Shown here: positions 1 through 9,831 of the stretch, one piece after another
Layout: each line of letters opens with the position of its first letter
Numbering within the stretch: the first letter of the stretch is position 1
DNA from: Candidatus Bathyarchaeota archaeon
GTDB lineage: Archaea; Thermoproteota; Bathyarchaeia; Bathyarchaeales; Bathycorpusculaceae
Reading direction: 5' to 3'
DNA length: 64,000 nucleotides
NCBI GenBank assembly: GCA_963733095.1
Contig: CAVTBV010000012.1
Location: 160,001-224,000 of the forward strand
The notes under the pieces: model-generated
What the model was told of the DNA's origin: nothing
What the model saw: only the letters and a program-made list of their open reading frames with translations
Database searches by the model: none
Program-made: the position numbers and the translations under genes

Positions 1-22
1 TTTAGGCTTAATTGGAGATTTT

Positions 23-184
23 ATGTGAACCAACTGGCTGACTATCGCCCTTATTATTTTGGCACTTTGGTTAGTGGGGTTCTATGCTTTTCCAAGCATA
101 GGCACGTTGATACACATTCTGCTCGTGATTGCCATAATCTTTGTAGTTATTTGGCTGTTGACGGGCAAAAAGTTGTGGAAATAA
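23..184 (+). CDS. Small two-TM membrane protein, lmo0937/DUF5670-like; start region disrupted (ATG TGA)
   Basis: Frame 2 reads TNWLTIALIILALWLVGFYAFPSIGTLIHILLVIAIIFVVIWLLTGKKLWK*, matching the family pattern LW(L)G...G..IHILLVIAII. Not in the ORF track because ATG(23) is followed by TGA; GGAG upstream. Confidence 0.55.
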
Positions 185-358
185 ACCACATTCTCTTTTT
201 TGTTAAATTTTCTTCTAAAAAGAACATTCAAAACCTCCCGGAAAAGGAGAATATTACTTTTTGGTTCCAAGAGAGCGTTAGGTTTAAAGGAAACGCAAGA
301 GTAACTTTTACTAAGACTATGTTTTTTATGGTTTTAATAATTTAGCAGGTCCTTAAGG

Positions 359-1387
359 ATGAAACAGGTTTCTAATAACATTTCTTTAGAAAAAAATTCT
401 CACCATTTCTCAGAAAACTTTCGGATGGGATTCAGGGCTTATAGTGGTTTGATCTCAAATTTGTGTGGCGTTAGGGTTCCAATTTTTTGCGGGCACAAGT
501 TGACCTATAATTGTAATCTTCGATGCAAAATGTGTCCCTTCTGGAAAAGAACAAGCCCCAACTCGAGTTTAAATCAGGAAAAAGCAATTCTAAAACAGAT
601 TTACAATTCGGGTGCCTGCGGAGTTGCCTTTGAAGGTGGAGAACCGCTTCTTAGGAATGATTTGGGTGAAATTCTTGCGTTTTCCAGGTCTTTGCCTTTG
701 CATACTAGCCTCATAACCAACGGGACTTTGCTTGAATCCAGAATTGATGAGATAGCTCAGTACATTAACGGTGTTGTTTATGTTTCTTTAGATGGCCAAG
801 AAAAAACTCATGATGCTATCCGAGGGGTCAGTGGAAGTTTTAGAAAAGCAGTACAAGGCATAGAATCGGCGAAAGAAAAAGTTGCCGTAACCATCAACAT
901 TACTGTAATGGCTGAGAACGTAGAGGAAATAGAAAGCATGGTGGAGTTGGCGAAAGACTTGGGGACAAAAATTTCCGTGGCTGTGGCTCACGAGTACTGC
1001 AACGCCAACGCGTCCTCACCGGCAATTAGCAAAATACCTAGAATAGCTCATAGGCTTATGGAAATGAAGCGGGAAGGTTACCCAATTGTCAATTCAATCG
1101 GTTACTTCAAAGTAATGGCAAAAGAGAAAAAATGGCAATGCAAGCCCTGGGCAATGATAAACATTGACCCCAGCGGAAAAGTAGTTTTACCCTGCTATGT
1201 CCACAACGACTATGCAAGCAGCACCTCTATCTTTGAAAAGAGCATTAAAGGTGCAGTATCCGATTTTGACTGGAAAAAAATAAAAAACTGCCAAAGATGC
1301 AGCCTCCATTGCTATGTTGAGCCTTCTTTGGTGCTTTCAAGAGAAATCAGTGCCTACATGCATTGGGCATTTCGAGTTAACATGTAA
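359..1387 (+). CDS. Radical SAM protein (archaeal PTO1314-like) with C-terminal Cys motif
   Basis: CNLRCKMC (CxxxCxxC), GGEPLL, TNGTLL, VSLDG; C-terminal CKPW...PCY...CQRCSLHC. Confidence 0.85.
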   Translation: MKQVSNNISLEKNSHHFSENFRMGFRAYSGLISNLCGVRVPIFCGHKLTYNCNLRCKMCPFWKRTSPNSSLNQEKAILKQIYNSGACGVAFEGGEPLLRNDLGEILAFSRSLPLHTSLITNGTLLESRIDEIAQYINGVVYVSLDGQEKTHDAIRGVSGSFRKAVQGIESAKEKVAVTINITVMAENVEEIESMVELAKDLGTKISVAVAHEYCNANASSPAISKIPRIAHRLMEMKREGYPIVNSIGYFKVMAKEKKWQCKPWAMINIDPSGKVVLPCYVHNDYASSTSIFEKSIKGAVSDFDWKKIKNCQRCSLHCYVEPSLVLSREISAYMHWAFRVNM

Positions 1388-1557
1388 ATTAAAGGTCTAG
1401 AAGCCGCAATAGTGAAAGAATCCGATCCATAGTACTGAGGGTAGAAGCCTCTGGGGTATTTTCACAGGATTTTCGAACCTGTAAATTGGGCCTACTAATT
1501 AGGTTCTGAAATGGTATATATAGTCATTTTACCTTTAACTTGATAGGTTGAACTTGT

Positions 1558-1785
1558 ATGCCGAAATGCCCAAATTGTACAGCCCATATGAAAGAGCCTA
1601 ATAAAGAATGGAACTTTGGGCAATTCCAAGTAAAGATGTACAAATGCACAAAATGCGGAAATCAATTTAGAGAATTTTTCAAGGAAAACACCCTAAAATT
1701 TGTGTTGAGCGCACACAACGGCGGCTTAGGAAAAACCAGAGCTACAAAAGAAACAACAGACAGGCACAAAACATATCCTCAATAA
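1558..1785 (+). CDS. Small zinc-ribbon protein
   Basis: CPNC ... CTKC pair; TATA-like TATATA at ~1516. Confidence 0.65.
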   Translation: MPKCPNCTAHMKEPNKEWNFGQFQVKMYKCTKCGNQFREFFKENTLKFVLSAHNGGLGKTRATKETTDRHKTYPQ

Positions 1786-1968
1786 TCATTTCTAGCTTAT
1801 TCACGCTTCCTGAATTATTTTAGCTATCCTATGCAACTGTCAACATCCAAGGATTTCGACCACTTGACTAAAAAACGAGAAAATCAATAATGGGCAAGAG
1901 CGCTACTTAAATCTCTTAAGGCTTAAATTACTCAAGGAGAATAAATATTATTACAGAAGGTTTTTTTT

Positions 1969-3129
1969 ATGGCTAAGATTGTGGAAGATGTTTTTTCAAA
2001 GGGTTTTTTGGAAGTACAGGAAAATGATACGCTCTCTTCATCTCTATCACATTTCAAAGAAGGGATGCCACCTGTTCTAGCGGTCTTCGATAGTAAAGGC
2101 AATTATAAAGGGGTTATTTCCCGAAAATCGATAAAACGGTCTAGTTTTGATGCGTCTGGAACCAAAGTTAAAACTTTGACGCGGTCAGCGCCTGCCGTTA
2201 CCCTGAAGGATTCTCTCAGCAAAGTCGCCAAGTTAATGATTGAGAGTGAAATCAGGCAACTTCCCGTTTACAGTGAAGACAAGCTCTTAGGTTTTGTAAC
2301 AGAGGAGGATGTTATCCATGGTGGTGTAATGGAGCAATGGGGTAACACTCATGTCGGAGAAATAATGGCCAAGGAGCCGTTCACCATTGAAGAAGACCAA
2401 TCGCTAGGGGCAGTACTAAGTCTTATAAGAAATGAGGGAATCTCTCACGTTCCCATAGTCAAAGATGGAAAACTCGTGGGAATTGTTAGCATTTCCGATA
2501 TTATTGAGAATATCTTTCGGCCCAGACATGTTCAAAGGTTCGGCGAAAGAGTAGGTGAGAAAGTTCCTGTTCTAAGTATTCCCGCGAAGGGCATAATGGT
2601 TAAGCCTGTAATCACTGTTTTGCCTGAATCCAAATTACGAGATGCTGAAGAGCAAATGCACAAATTCAACATTTCCTCTTTGGTGATCATCAGCAAAGGA
2701 AGACCCGTCGGAATCATAACTAAACGGGACTTTCTTGAACCTCTTTCTCAAATGGAAAAACCAGTGGAAAGGCTTACTGTGCAATTTTCAGTTAAAGACG
2801 TGGAAATTGATGAAATCCAACGAGGCGCCATTATGGACGACTTCGACTCTTTCACCCACAGATACGGAGGAACCTTAGAGGCTGGCACACTATTTGTCTA
2901 CATGAAGACGCATGGCACAAACTTCAAGGGCGATCAGTTAATTCATTGCCGCCTGCAATTTAGAACAAAGAAGGGCGCATTTTTCAGTTCAGGCGAAGGT
3001 TATGGTGTGGAACAGACGTTTAGGGTAGCTTTGGATAGGCTTGAAGGCCAAATTGTAAAAAGCACAGAACTAGCAAATGACCATGAATTTCTAAAGGGCT
3101 ATTTGAGACGAAGATTTCCGTCGTTATAG
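1969..3129 (+). CDS. 4xCBS domain protein with C-terminal HPF/RaiA-like domain (putative ribosome hibernation factor)
   Basis: Four CBS repeats (IRQLPV, ISHVPIVKDGKLVGIVS, ISSLVII..GRPVGIITKRD); C-terminal ~100 aa beta-alpha-beta-beta-beta-alpha pattern ending ALDRLEGQIVK, as in HPF. Confidence 0.75.
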   Translation: MAKIVEDVFSKGFLEVQENDTLSSSLSHFKEGMPPVLAVFDSKGNYKGVISRKSIKRSSFDASGTKVKTLTRSAPAVTLKDSLSKVAKLMIESEIRQLPVYSEDKLLGFVTEEDVIHGGVMEQWGNTHVGEIMAKEPFTIEEDQSLGAVLSLIRNEGISHVPIVKDGKLVGIVSISDIIENIFRPRHVQRFGERVGEKVPVLSIPAKGIMVKPVITVLPESKLRDAEEQMHKFNISSLVIISKGRPVGIITKRDFLEPLSQMEKPVERLTVQFSVKDVEIDEIQRGAIMDDFDSFTHRYGGTLEAGTLFVYMKTHGTNFKGDQLIHCRLQFRTKKGAFFSSGEGYGVEQTFRVALDRLEGQIVKSTELANDHEFLKGYLRRRFPSL

Positions 3130-3729
3130 CTGGTGTAGCGGGTATAGGCAAATTGACAAAAACTGATGATATGTTGCTGACGTTAAGCCGAACTATCCCT
3201 AAATGCATCGAAAGTGTTGGGTCTTTTCAATATAAGGGCAAAAAATAGGGTTTAATAGACAGTTTTGCTTCAGCGCAGCATCTGAAATGTGATGTTTGCG
3301 GTAACTACTCTATTTTTGATGTTTCAGTCATTAGAAACGAAAAGGGCAATGGACTGAATGTTTGTAATGACTGTATTGATCAAATCACAAGCAGGACGAT
3401 TTCAAGTTGGTTTAAAGCATATAGGAAAAAACGCGAAAACATTTTGAAAAATAGAATGTACATCGATGGGCTGTCATCAATATTGGCTGTGTATGAGCAT
3501 AATGGGTTGCCCTTTCAGATTTCAAGTGAAGGAGTTATGATACTGAGGAGACGTTTGTTCAAATGTGCAACGGTTTGGATCATAGGACAAAAGATAAGCA
3601 ACTTGCATAGTATTACATCAACTATAGTGTGGAATCCCAGGCTGCTGGTTTCCCTAACGCCCGGCAGGTGTAATTTCTCAAAAATATTGCAGAAGATAGT
3701 TATTGAGCATAAAAAATGCTCTCTTTCAA

Positions 3730-4269
3730 CTATTTTACTGCGACTTTGTGCTTTTTAGGCGCGGGTGCAATCGTCTTCTTTGGTACTCTGACTTCAAGTA
3801 ATCCGTCCCTAAATGTAGATTCAGCTTGCTCGGGGATTACTTCTTCGGGGAACGAAAGCTGTTTGTAAACGTGCGAGTAAACGCGTTCTCTGACAACAAA
3901 GTTCTTCGCTTGGTCTTCTGTTTCAACGTCTGTTTCAGCTGAAATTTCGATGCCGTCCTGGGTAAGGCTTACGTCTATCTTGTCTTTTGCTACGCCGGGC
4001 AATTCAGCATGCACTACAAACCTGTTTCCTTCATCAACCAGATCAACAGTTGCCTCACGAACCGGAACAATAGGTTCATAACTTACCCACTCATATGGAG
4101 AAGCTACACTTTCAAAGAAGCTTCTGCGGAAATCATCCATTAAATCGTCAAAGGTCGTCAGAACATGAACCGCAGGAACGTGTTTAGCTGGAACATGTTT
4201 TACGGGTTTTGCTGCAACATTAACTTTTGCGATTGCTTTCACCGGCGCCTTTTTTTCTTCATTACTCAT
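3730..4269 (-). CDS. hsp20: Small heat shock protein Hsp20/alpha-crystallin
   Basis: VDLVDEG..FVVHAELPGV.KDKI.V, FRDGLLEVRVPK; ATG 4269 preceded by GAGGTGA. Confidence 0.93.
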   Translation of the reverse strand: MSNEEKKAPVKAIAKVNVAAKPVKHVPAKHVPAVHVLTTFDDLMDDFRRSFFESVASPYEWVSYEPIVPVREATVDLVDEGNRFVVHAELPGVAKDKIDVSLTQDGIEISAETDVETEDQAKNFVVRERVYSHVYKQLSFPEEVIPEQAESTFRDGLLEVRVPKKTIAPAPKKHKVAVK

Positions 4270-4312
4270 TTCTTTCACCTCGATTAACTTGTTATTGGAA
4301 TTCTAATCTGCG

Positions 4313-4474
4313 CTATCGTTGTTCTTTCTGCAACTGGAGCCTTTTTGCAATTTCTTTGGAGATTTTTTCAAGACCCTTCGCTAACTCTGTACTTTCAACC
4401 TCGGCTAACGAGTAAAACTTGCCCTCTTTGTCAACGAAGACAAGCTCTAAATTTCTGTTTTTATCAACCAACAT
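4313..4474 (-). CDS. 53-aa hypothetical protein, probably co-transcribed with hsp20
   Basis: MLVDKNRNLELVFVDKEGKFYSLAEVESTELAKGLEKISKEIAKRLQLQKEQR*; GGGGTGA RBS; below the ORF-track length cutoff. Confidence 0.6.
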   Translation of the reverse strand: MLVDKNRNLELVFVDKEGKFYSLAEVESTELAKGLEKISKEIAKRLQLQKEQR

Positions 4475-4705
4475 TTCACCCCCATCAAACTAACCATTTG
4501 ACATTAGTTCGTAATATGCAACTATAGTTATCAGGGCAGAAGTCAGAACTTTTTCAACACACATTCCAAAACAGGGGGACCACAGCCATTAGCCCCTCAC
4601 GCGATCTAAGCCTTCAAGTGTCAAGGGCTGGCTGGCTTTCCCTATCGCTTACCCCTGAAAGGGTATTCAAAAAGGAGTCATTGGGAGTTGACGGGAACAT
4701 ATGGG

Positions 4706-4849
4706 TTATTCTTTTTTGACTACCCATGTTTTTACTGCTTCTTCGATAGCGCGCGATAGGTCTCCTTTTTTCCCGCCAAATTTTTCTACTGTTTTCAATC
4801 TGAGCTGCTTTTCCAACGCATCAGGTAAATCCACGCTGATTCGACCCAT
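4706..4849 (-). CDS. 47-aa ribbon-helix-helix (CopG/Arc-like) DNA-binding protein
   Basis: MGRISVDLPDALEKQLRLKTVEKFGGKKGDLSRAIEEAVKTWVVKKE*: beta-strand RISVDL, helix, G, LSRAIEEAV helix. Confidence 0.75.
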   Translation of the reverse strand: MGRISVDLPDALEKQLRLKTVEKFGGKKGDLSRAIEEAVKTWVVKKE

Positions 4850-5364
4850 ATTCAATCATCCATTTTAGAGTTTTATGTACGATTCCATGTGTCAAGCATC
4901 TTTCCAATGGGTGAGTTGCCAAACGATTAAGTCTATCTTTGTAATCATTTTTCATTCACTCAAACTCATTTATAAGCTTATCAACATAAGTTATTATGTG
5001 TTTACACACTTATATGTGTATCGGACTTAAACGATTTAAGTGCCGATTACACAGATCGACTCCAAATATTACCCGCCCAAAAAAGCATAGCACATGACTC
5101 AAAATCACCATTAGCTTATAGGAACATTATCCCATATCCCATCGACATATGTCGTGTTTATTTGGGCAGTGAACGGGACTTTTAGCCAAAAATCGAACAA
5201 TGTTGATTCTGACATTGAATACTGAATATAAGAAACGCATTAGAAGACCGACTCAGGCTAATAGTCAGTCATTTAGTTTACTTTAAAACAAGACAGCATG
5301 TGCGAAGTGTCAAAAAGATAAAAGTTACAAAACTACATCAATCTTAGGCGTCAAAGGTGAGACA

Positions 5365-6630
5365 TTGTCTAAGATAATAAAGATCGGTGCAAGGGAAATT
5401 CTTGATTCAAGAGGCAATCCAACCGTCGAAGCAGATGTATTCACAAAGGGAGGGTTGTCAAGGGCTTCAGTTCCTTCTGGTGCAAGCACAGGCAAATACG
5501 AAGCTTGTGAGCTCAGAGACGGAGGAAGGCGTTACTTGGGACAAGGAGTTCTGAAAGCTGTTAACAACGTTAACAATATCATAGCAAAAAAGATCATTGG
5601 ACAAGATTGCACAAAGCAGAAAGAGGTCGATGAGTTGATGATTGAGTTGGACGGCAGTCCCAACAAGTCCAACTTGGGAGCCAATGCTATTCTCGCAGTC
5701 AGCATGGCAGTATGCAAAGCTGGAGCATTGGAGTCGAACCTACCTCTTTATAAATACATCGCTGAGCTCGCTGACTCAAAAGGCGTAACTTTACCCATCC
5801 CACAGATGAACGTTATCAACGGTGGAATGCATGCTGGAATAAAAAATGATTTTCAAGAACATATGATAGTTCCCTTCGGAGCTAAAACTTTCTCCGACGC
5901 TCTTAGAATGTGCTCAGAAACTTACCACACCTTAAAGAAAAACCTGAAAGAAAAATTGGGAAACTCAGCAATATTAGTCGGTGATGAAGGCGGCTTTGTT
6001 CCACCCTTGAAAAGCATTGATGAAAGGTTAAAATTCATATCCGAAGCGATAGACGAACTTGGCTACACCAAAGAATTCGGTCTGGCAATAGACGCTGCAG
6101 CATCAGAGTTCTATTACAAGGGGCATTATAAAATCATGGAAAAAGAATATTCTTCTGAAGGATTAACGGAATTCTATTCTGAGATGTGTGAAAAATTCAG
6201 GATAATCTCAATCGAAGATGGATTGAGCGAAGACGATTGGGATGGCTGGGTTAAATTGAAATCCAAGCTGGGGAAAAAAATTCAACTCGTCGGAGACGAC
6301 CTTCTGGTTACGAACACTGAGAGAATTCGAAAAGCAATTAAATTAGACGCCTGCAATGCCTTGCTATTGAAGCTCAATCAGATAGGAACAACTATCGAAG
6401 CCATAGATGCTTTTAAATCAGCCAGAGAAGCAGGGTGGAACGTTATCGTTTCTCATAGGTCAGGGAGCACCGAAGAAACTTTTTTTGCGGATTTGGTTGT
6501 TGGCTTAGATGCTGGGCAATTTAAGTATGGCGCGCCCGCAAGAAGTGAACGCACATGTAACTATAATCAACTACTGAGGATCGAAGAAGAATTAGGCGAA
6601 AAGGCGAGGTATTCGAAGATTTTTGGATAA
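5365..6630 (+). CDS. eno: Enolase (phosphopyruvate hydratase)
   Basis: AREILDSRGNPTVEAD, VPSGASTG, GDEGG, VGDDL, SHRSG; TTG start with AGGTGA RBS. Confidence 0.97.
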   Translation: MSKIIKIGAREILDSRGNPTVEADVFTKGGLSRASVPSGASTGKYEACELRDGGRRYLGQGVLKAVNNVNNIIAKKIIGQDCTKQKEVDELMIELDGSPNKSNLGANAILAVSMAVCKAGALESNLPLYKYIAELADSKGVTLPIPQMNVINGGMHAGIKNDFQEHMIVPFGAKTFSDALRMCSETYHTLKKNLKEKLGNSAILVGDEGGFVPPLKSIDERLKFISEAIDELGYTKEFGLAIDAAASEFYYKGHYKIMEKEYSSEGLTEFYSEMCEKFRIISIEDGLSEDDWDGWVKLKSKLGKKIQLVGDDLLVTNTERIRKAIKLDACNALLLKLNQIGTTIEAIDAFKSAREAGWNVIVSHRSGSTEETFFADLVVGLDAGQFKYGAPARSERTCNYNQLLRIEEELGEKARYSKIFG

Positions 6631-6671
6631 AAAAGATTTTGGCGGTGCAATGATTCCTCGAAATGGGAAAG

Positions 6672-7979
6672 TTAGCTTGAGCCAAGCGCAATAAGTGATT
6701 TGTAAATATCCAGAGTTTGTTCGGCGGCTTTTCTCCAAGTAAAATACTTTATCACTCGTTTGCGACCGTTTTCGCCCCAGATTTTTGCTCTTTGCGGATC
6801 CTTAAGAACCTCATTGATTCCCCACGCAATGTCCACAGGATTGCCCCCATCCACATGAACGCCGTTTTGCAACGGACCCGCTGGCATGACTTGCTCACGG
6901 AATCCAACCACACCCTTGGCGCCGACCACTATGGGTTTCCCCATAGACATGGCTTCCAAACTCACTATACCAAAAGGCTCGTAAACAGAAGGAAAAACGC
7001 ACAAATCAGAAGCTGCATAATGCAAAATCCGCTCGCCCTCAGGCACAAACTCGAGGCAGTAAACCAAGTTTTTGCCTATGCCAAGTCTGTCGGCAAGTTC
7101 CACAATATCCCGCTGCTCTTCGCCCTTTCCAAGTATAACCAGCTTTGCCTTGGGATATTCAGCTAAGACTAAAGGCATTGCTTGAACAAGGTTCCTGACA
7201 CCCTTCACCCACGTCAAACGGCCTAGGAAAAGTATCATGGTTTCATCTTCGGCTATTCCGTATTTTTGCCTAAGCTTCTGAACATCCTCTGATTTGCCTT
7301 TTTGAGGCGCATATTTTTCTGGATCAACACCGTTCCAAACCACATGTATTTTTGACTCTGGCCAACCGTGCTTAGCCAAATCCTCTTTCATTGCATGACT
7401 TACTGTTATTATTCCATCGGCCTTTTCCGCCATCACTGACTCCAAATGATTTACAGTAGCCGAACCTTCTCCACCACTTCGTCCCCACTCGGTTGAGTGA
7501 ACGTGAAATACTACAGGTATTTTCAACTCGTTCTTGCAGATTATTCCTGCTATGCTGCTCAACCAGTCGTTAATGGTAACAACGGCGTAGTCGTAATTCT
7601 CTTGTTTTATGACGGTGTTTATCATTTGTGCAGCTGCCAACATATTATAAGCGAAAATGTCGGTGAAGAATTTTATGTTTGTACCCCAACGTTTGAGGTC
7701 GTCTGCCACAAACAATGGAAATACGTTGCTAGCCTCCACAAGGAGCGGCCTGTGAATGTCAACACCGCCCAAAATTTCTCTTATTTTTAGGTTTCCAGGG
7801 TTAACTGTGTAAACAGAGACATCCCATCCTAAATCCACAAACTCCTTCGTCATGTACTCAGCGTAGGTTCCTAATCCACCAACTATTGCAGGTGGATATT
7901 CCATTACAAAAAATGCAATTCTCAAACAATTCACCATCATGATTACATATTTTTTATTCCGCCTGTCACAATTGGACAA
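6672..7979 (-). CDS. GT4 glycosyltransferase (glycogen/glucan synthase-like); real start probably TTG at 7925
   Basis: EYPP..VGGLG, HSTE.GR, NGVD, GRL..VKG, PS.YEPFGIV.LEAM. Confidence 0.9.
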   Translation of the reverse strand: MSNCDRRNKKYVIMMVNCLRIAFFVMEYPPAIVGGLGTYAEYMTKEFVDLGWDVSVYTVNPGNLKIREILGGVDIHRPLLVEASNVFPLFVADDLKRWGTNIKFFTDIFAYNMLAAAQMINTVIKQENYDYAVVTINDWLSSIAGIICKNELKIPVVFHVHSTEWGRSGGEGSATVNHLESVMAEKADGIITVSHAMKEDLAKHGWPESKIHVVWNGVDPEKYAPQKGKSEDVQKLRQKYGIAEDETMILFLGRLTWVKGVRNLVQAMPLVLAEYPKAKLVILGKGEEQRDIVELADRLGIGKNLVYCLEFVPEGERILHYAASDLCVFPSVYEPFGIVSLEAMSMGKPIVVGAKGVVGFREQVMPAGPLQNGVHVDGGNPVDIAWGINEVLKDPQRAKIWGENGRKRVIKYFTWRKAAEQTLDIYKSLIALGSS

Positions 7980-8026
7980 ATTCCAATAGTTGTCGGCAAT
8001 CTACCCAATAGCAATATCGCGTTTGG

Positions 8027-9031
8027 TTAAACAACATTCTGCGGTTTCCCCGAAACGAAGGCAGCTATGTTTTCCACTGTTGTTTCAAGTATTCTTTCTA
8101 GGGCTTCTTTGCTATAGAACGCGATGTGTGGAGTAAAAACGACGTTGTCTTTGCTCAGCAGAATGTGATCCTTAACTAGGCTGTTCAAGACTTCGAGGTT
8201 TTTAGGATCGTATAGAAGCTGTTTTTCCTCTTGTATAACTTCTTCGCCTTCAAAAACGTCAAGACCCGCACCAGCCAGTATTTTGTTGTCAAGAGCCTCG
8301 ATTAGTGCTTCAGTGTCCACGATGCTTCCTCTTGCAGTGTTTATCAGAATGGCGCCTTTCTTTACAAGTTTGAATGTATCTTTGTTCATGAGGTGATGTG
8401 TGGCTTTCATGTAGGGTACGTGAAGCGTAATTACGTCTGATCTAGCTAAAAGGTTCTCTAGCGTAACATAATCAAACCCTAAGACCTCAGATAGGAGTTT
8501 GTTTTGGCGGACATCATAGGCTACGACGTTCATGCCAAAGCCTTTTGCAATCCTTATGACGTGCAGACCGATTTGACCAGTTCCGATGACGCCTATGGTT
8601 TTTCCTTTCAAATCAAACCCTTCTAACCCCTCTATTGAGAAGTCTTGTTCAAAACGTCTAATGCATGCCTTGCACATGTTTCTCGACAAAGACAAAATCA
8701 GCGCAAAAGTGTGCTCGGCAACAGTGTTCTCTCCATAAGACGGAACATTACAAATTGTAATCCCCTGTTTTTTGCATTTTTCTATATCGATATGGTCAAA
8801 GCCGGTGGATCTTGTTGTTATTAATTTCAAATTTGGAATTTCTCGAATAATTGGCTCGTCTATTTTGGAGTAGATGAACACTGAAACAGCATCAAAATCT
8901 TTTATTTCTGAGGTTTTTTCCAAGTTTAGTTTTTCTTTTGAGAACTGCAGTAAGTGACCGTTCAGCTTCTTTTTGAGGTATTCTTCTTCCCAGTCTTCTA
9001 CTTCATAAAATGCTATTTTCAACTTTTCCAC
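8027..9031 (-). CDS. D-isomer-specific 2-hydroxyacid (D-lactate-like) dehydrogenase
   Basis: RSTGFDHID, VAEH, GVIGTGQIG, INTARG, GLDVFE, TPHIAF. Confidence 0.92.
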   Translation of the reverse strand: MEKLKIAFYEVEDWEEEYLKKKLNGHLLQFSKEKLNLEKTSEIKDFDAVSVFIYSKIDEPIIREIPNLKLITTRSTGFDHIDIEKCKKQGITICNVPSYGENTVAEHTFALILSLSRNMCKACIRRFEQDFSIEGLEGFDLKGKTIGVIGTGQIGLHVIRIAKGFGMNVVAYDVRQNKLLSEVLGFDYVTLENLLARSDVITLHVPYMKATHHLMNKDTFKLVKKGAILINTARGSIVDTEALIEALDNKILAGAGLDVFEGEEVIQEEKQLLYDPKNLEVLNSLVKDHILLSKDNVVFTPHIAFYSKEALERILETTVENIAAFVSGKPQNVV

Positions 9032-9109
9032 TTACCTAATGTTGAATATTTTATATCTGACTTTCAAGGGAAAGTGCATGTTGTTTTTTTGGATATCCAT
9101 GACGAATGT

Positions 9110-9469
9110 TTAGAGATGTTGCTGTAATTCGCCAATGCGATTTTGAACCGTTGTAGAAAGTGCTTTCCTCAAATTTTCATCTTGGAACCCTGCCTTAATT
9201 TGGTTAATTCTTGTAGCTAGTTCTTCATCGCCAATCGTGTTTTTGAGCCATTTTTGAAAGTCTTGACGCTGAAAATGGAATGTTACGGATTGAATGGGTA
9301 CTGTTTGGAGTTTTTCGGCAAACTCCACAGTGCTAGTTGCCGTAATTCCCGTGAATTTACCGAGTTCCGTGAAAAAATGAAAGCCATTTTCAAATGTAAC
9401 AGTATTGAGAAGGTTTAGGTTTTTTTGTTTTTCTATAGGATGAGTTTTAATTATGGTTGTCTTGGACAA
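9110..9469 (-). CDS. DUF5752-like protein
   Basis: FHF...G..TG..A.S..EF...L..V...S..FH..R.DF.KW...IGD.ELA pattern. Confidence 0.7.
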   Translation of the reverse strand: MSKTTIIKTHPIEKQKNLNLLNTVTFENGFHFFTELGKFTGITATSTVEFAEKLQTVPIQSVTFHFQRQDFQKWLKNTIGDEELATRINQIKAGFQDENLRKALSTTVQNRIGELQQHL

Positions 9470-9831
9470 AATATTGGCACGACCTGAAATATAAAACGGT
9501 AGGCGGTAGAGCCTTATAACAACTTGTGATTGTGGAAACGCAACTACATTTACAAAGTGAATTATAAAAGAGGTAAATAATGCCTATTGTTCTCCTCTCT
9601 ATAAACAGCCATGAACAAATTTTCATGGCTAAGCATAAATTCCATTCACCCCATCAGACTGTGCAAAAATCAGTTTGGACTTTGAAAATTACGCCATTGT
9701 TTCTAAAAATCGCTCGTCACATCATTGATCTTTACGAGCGAATAAGCATTTTTTAAAAAACAATTGGGTTTTCACACAGTCTGATTTGGGTCTGAGACAC
9801 AGCGGCCTCACCAACTTTTGGTTTGGAAATA

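Noticed and set aside
25-345. ORF-track 106-aa product
   Set aside because: It overlaps the better-supported DUF5670-like frame and has no recognisable features
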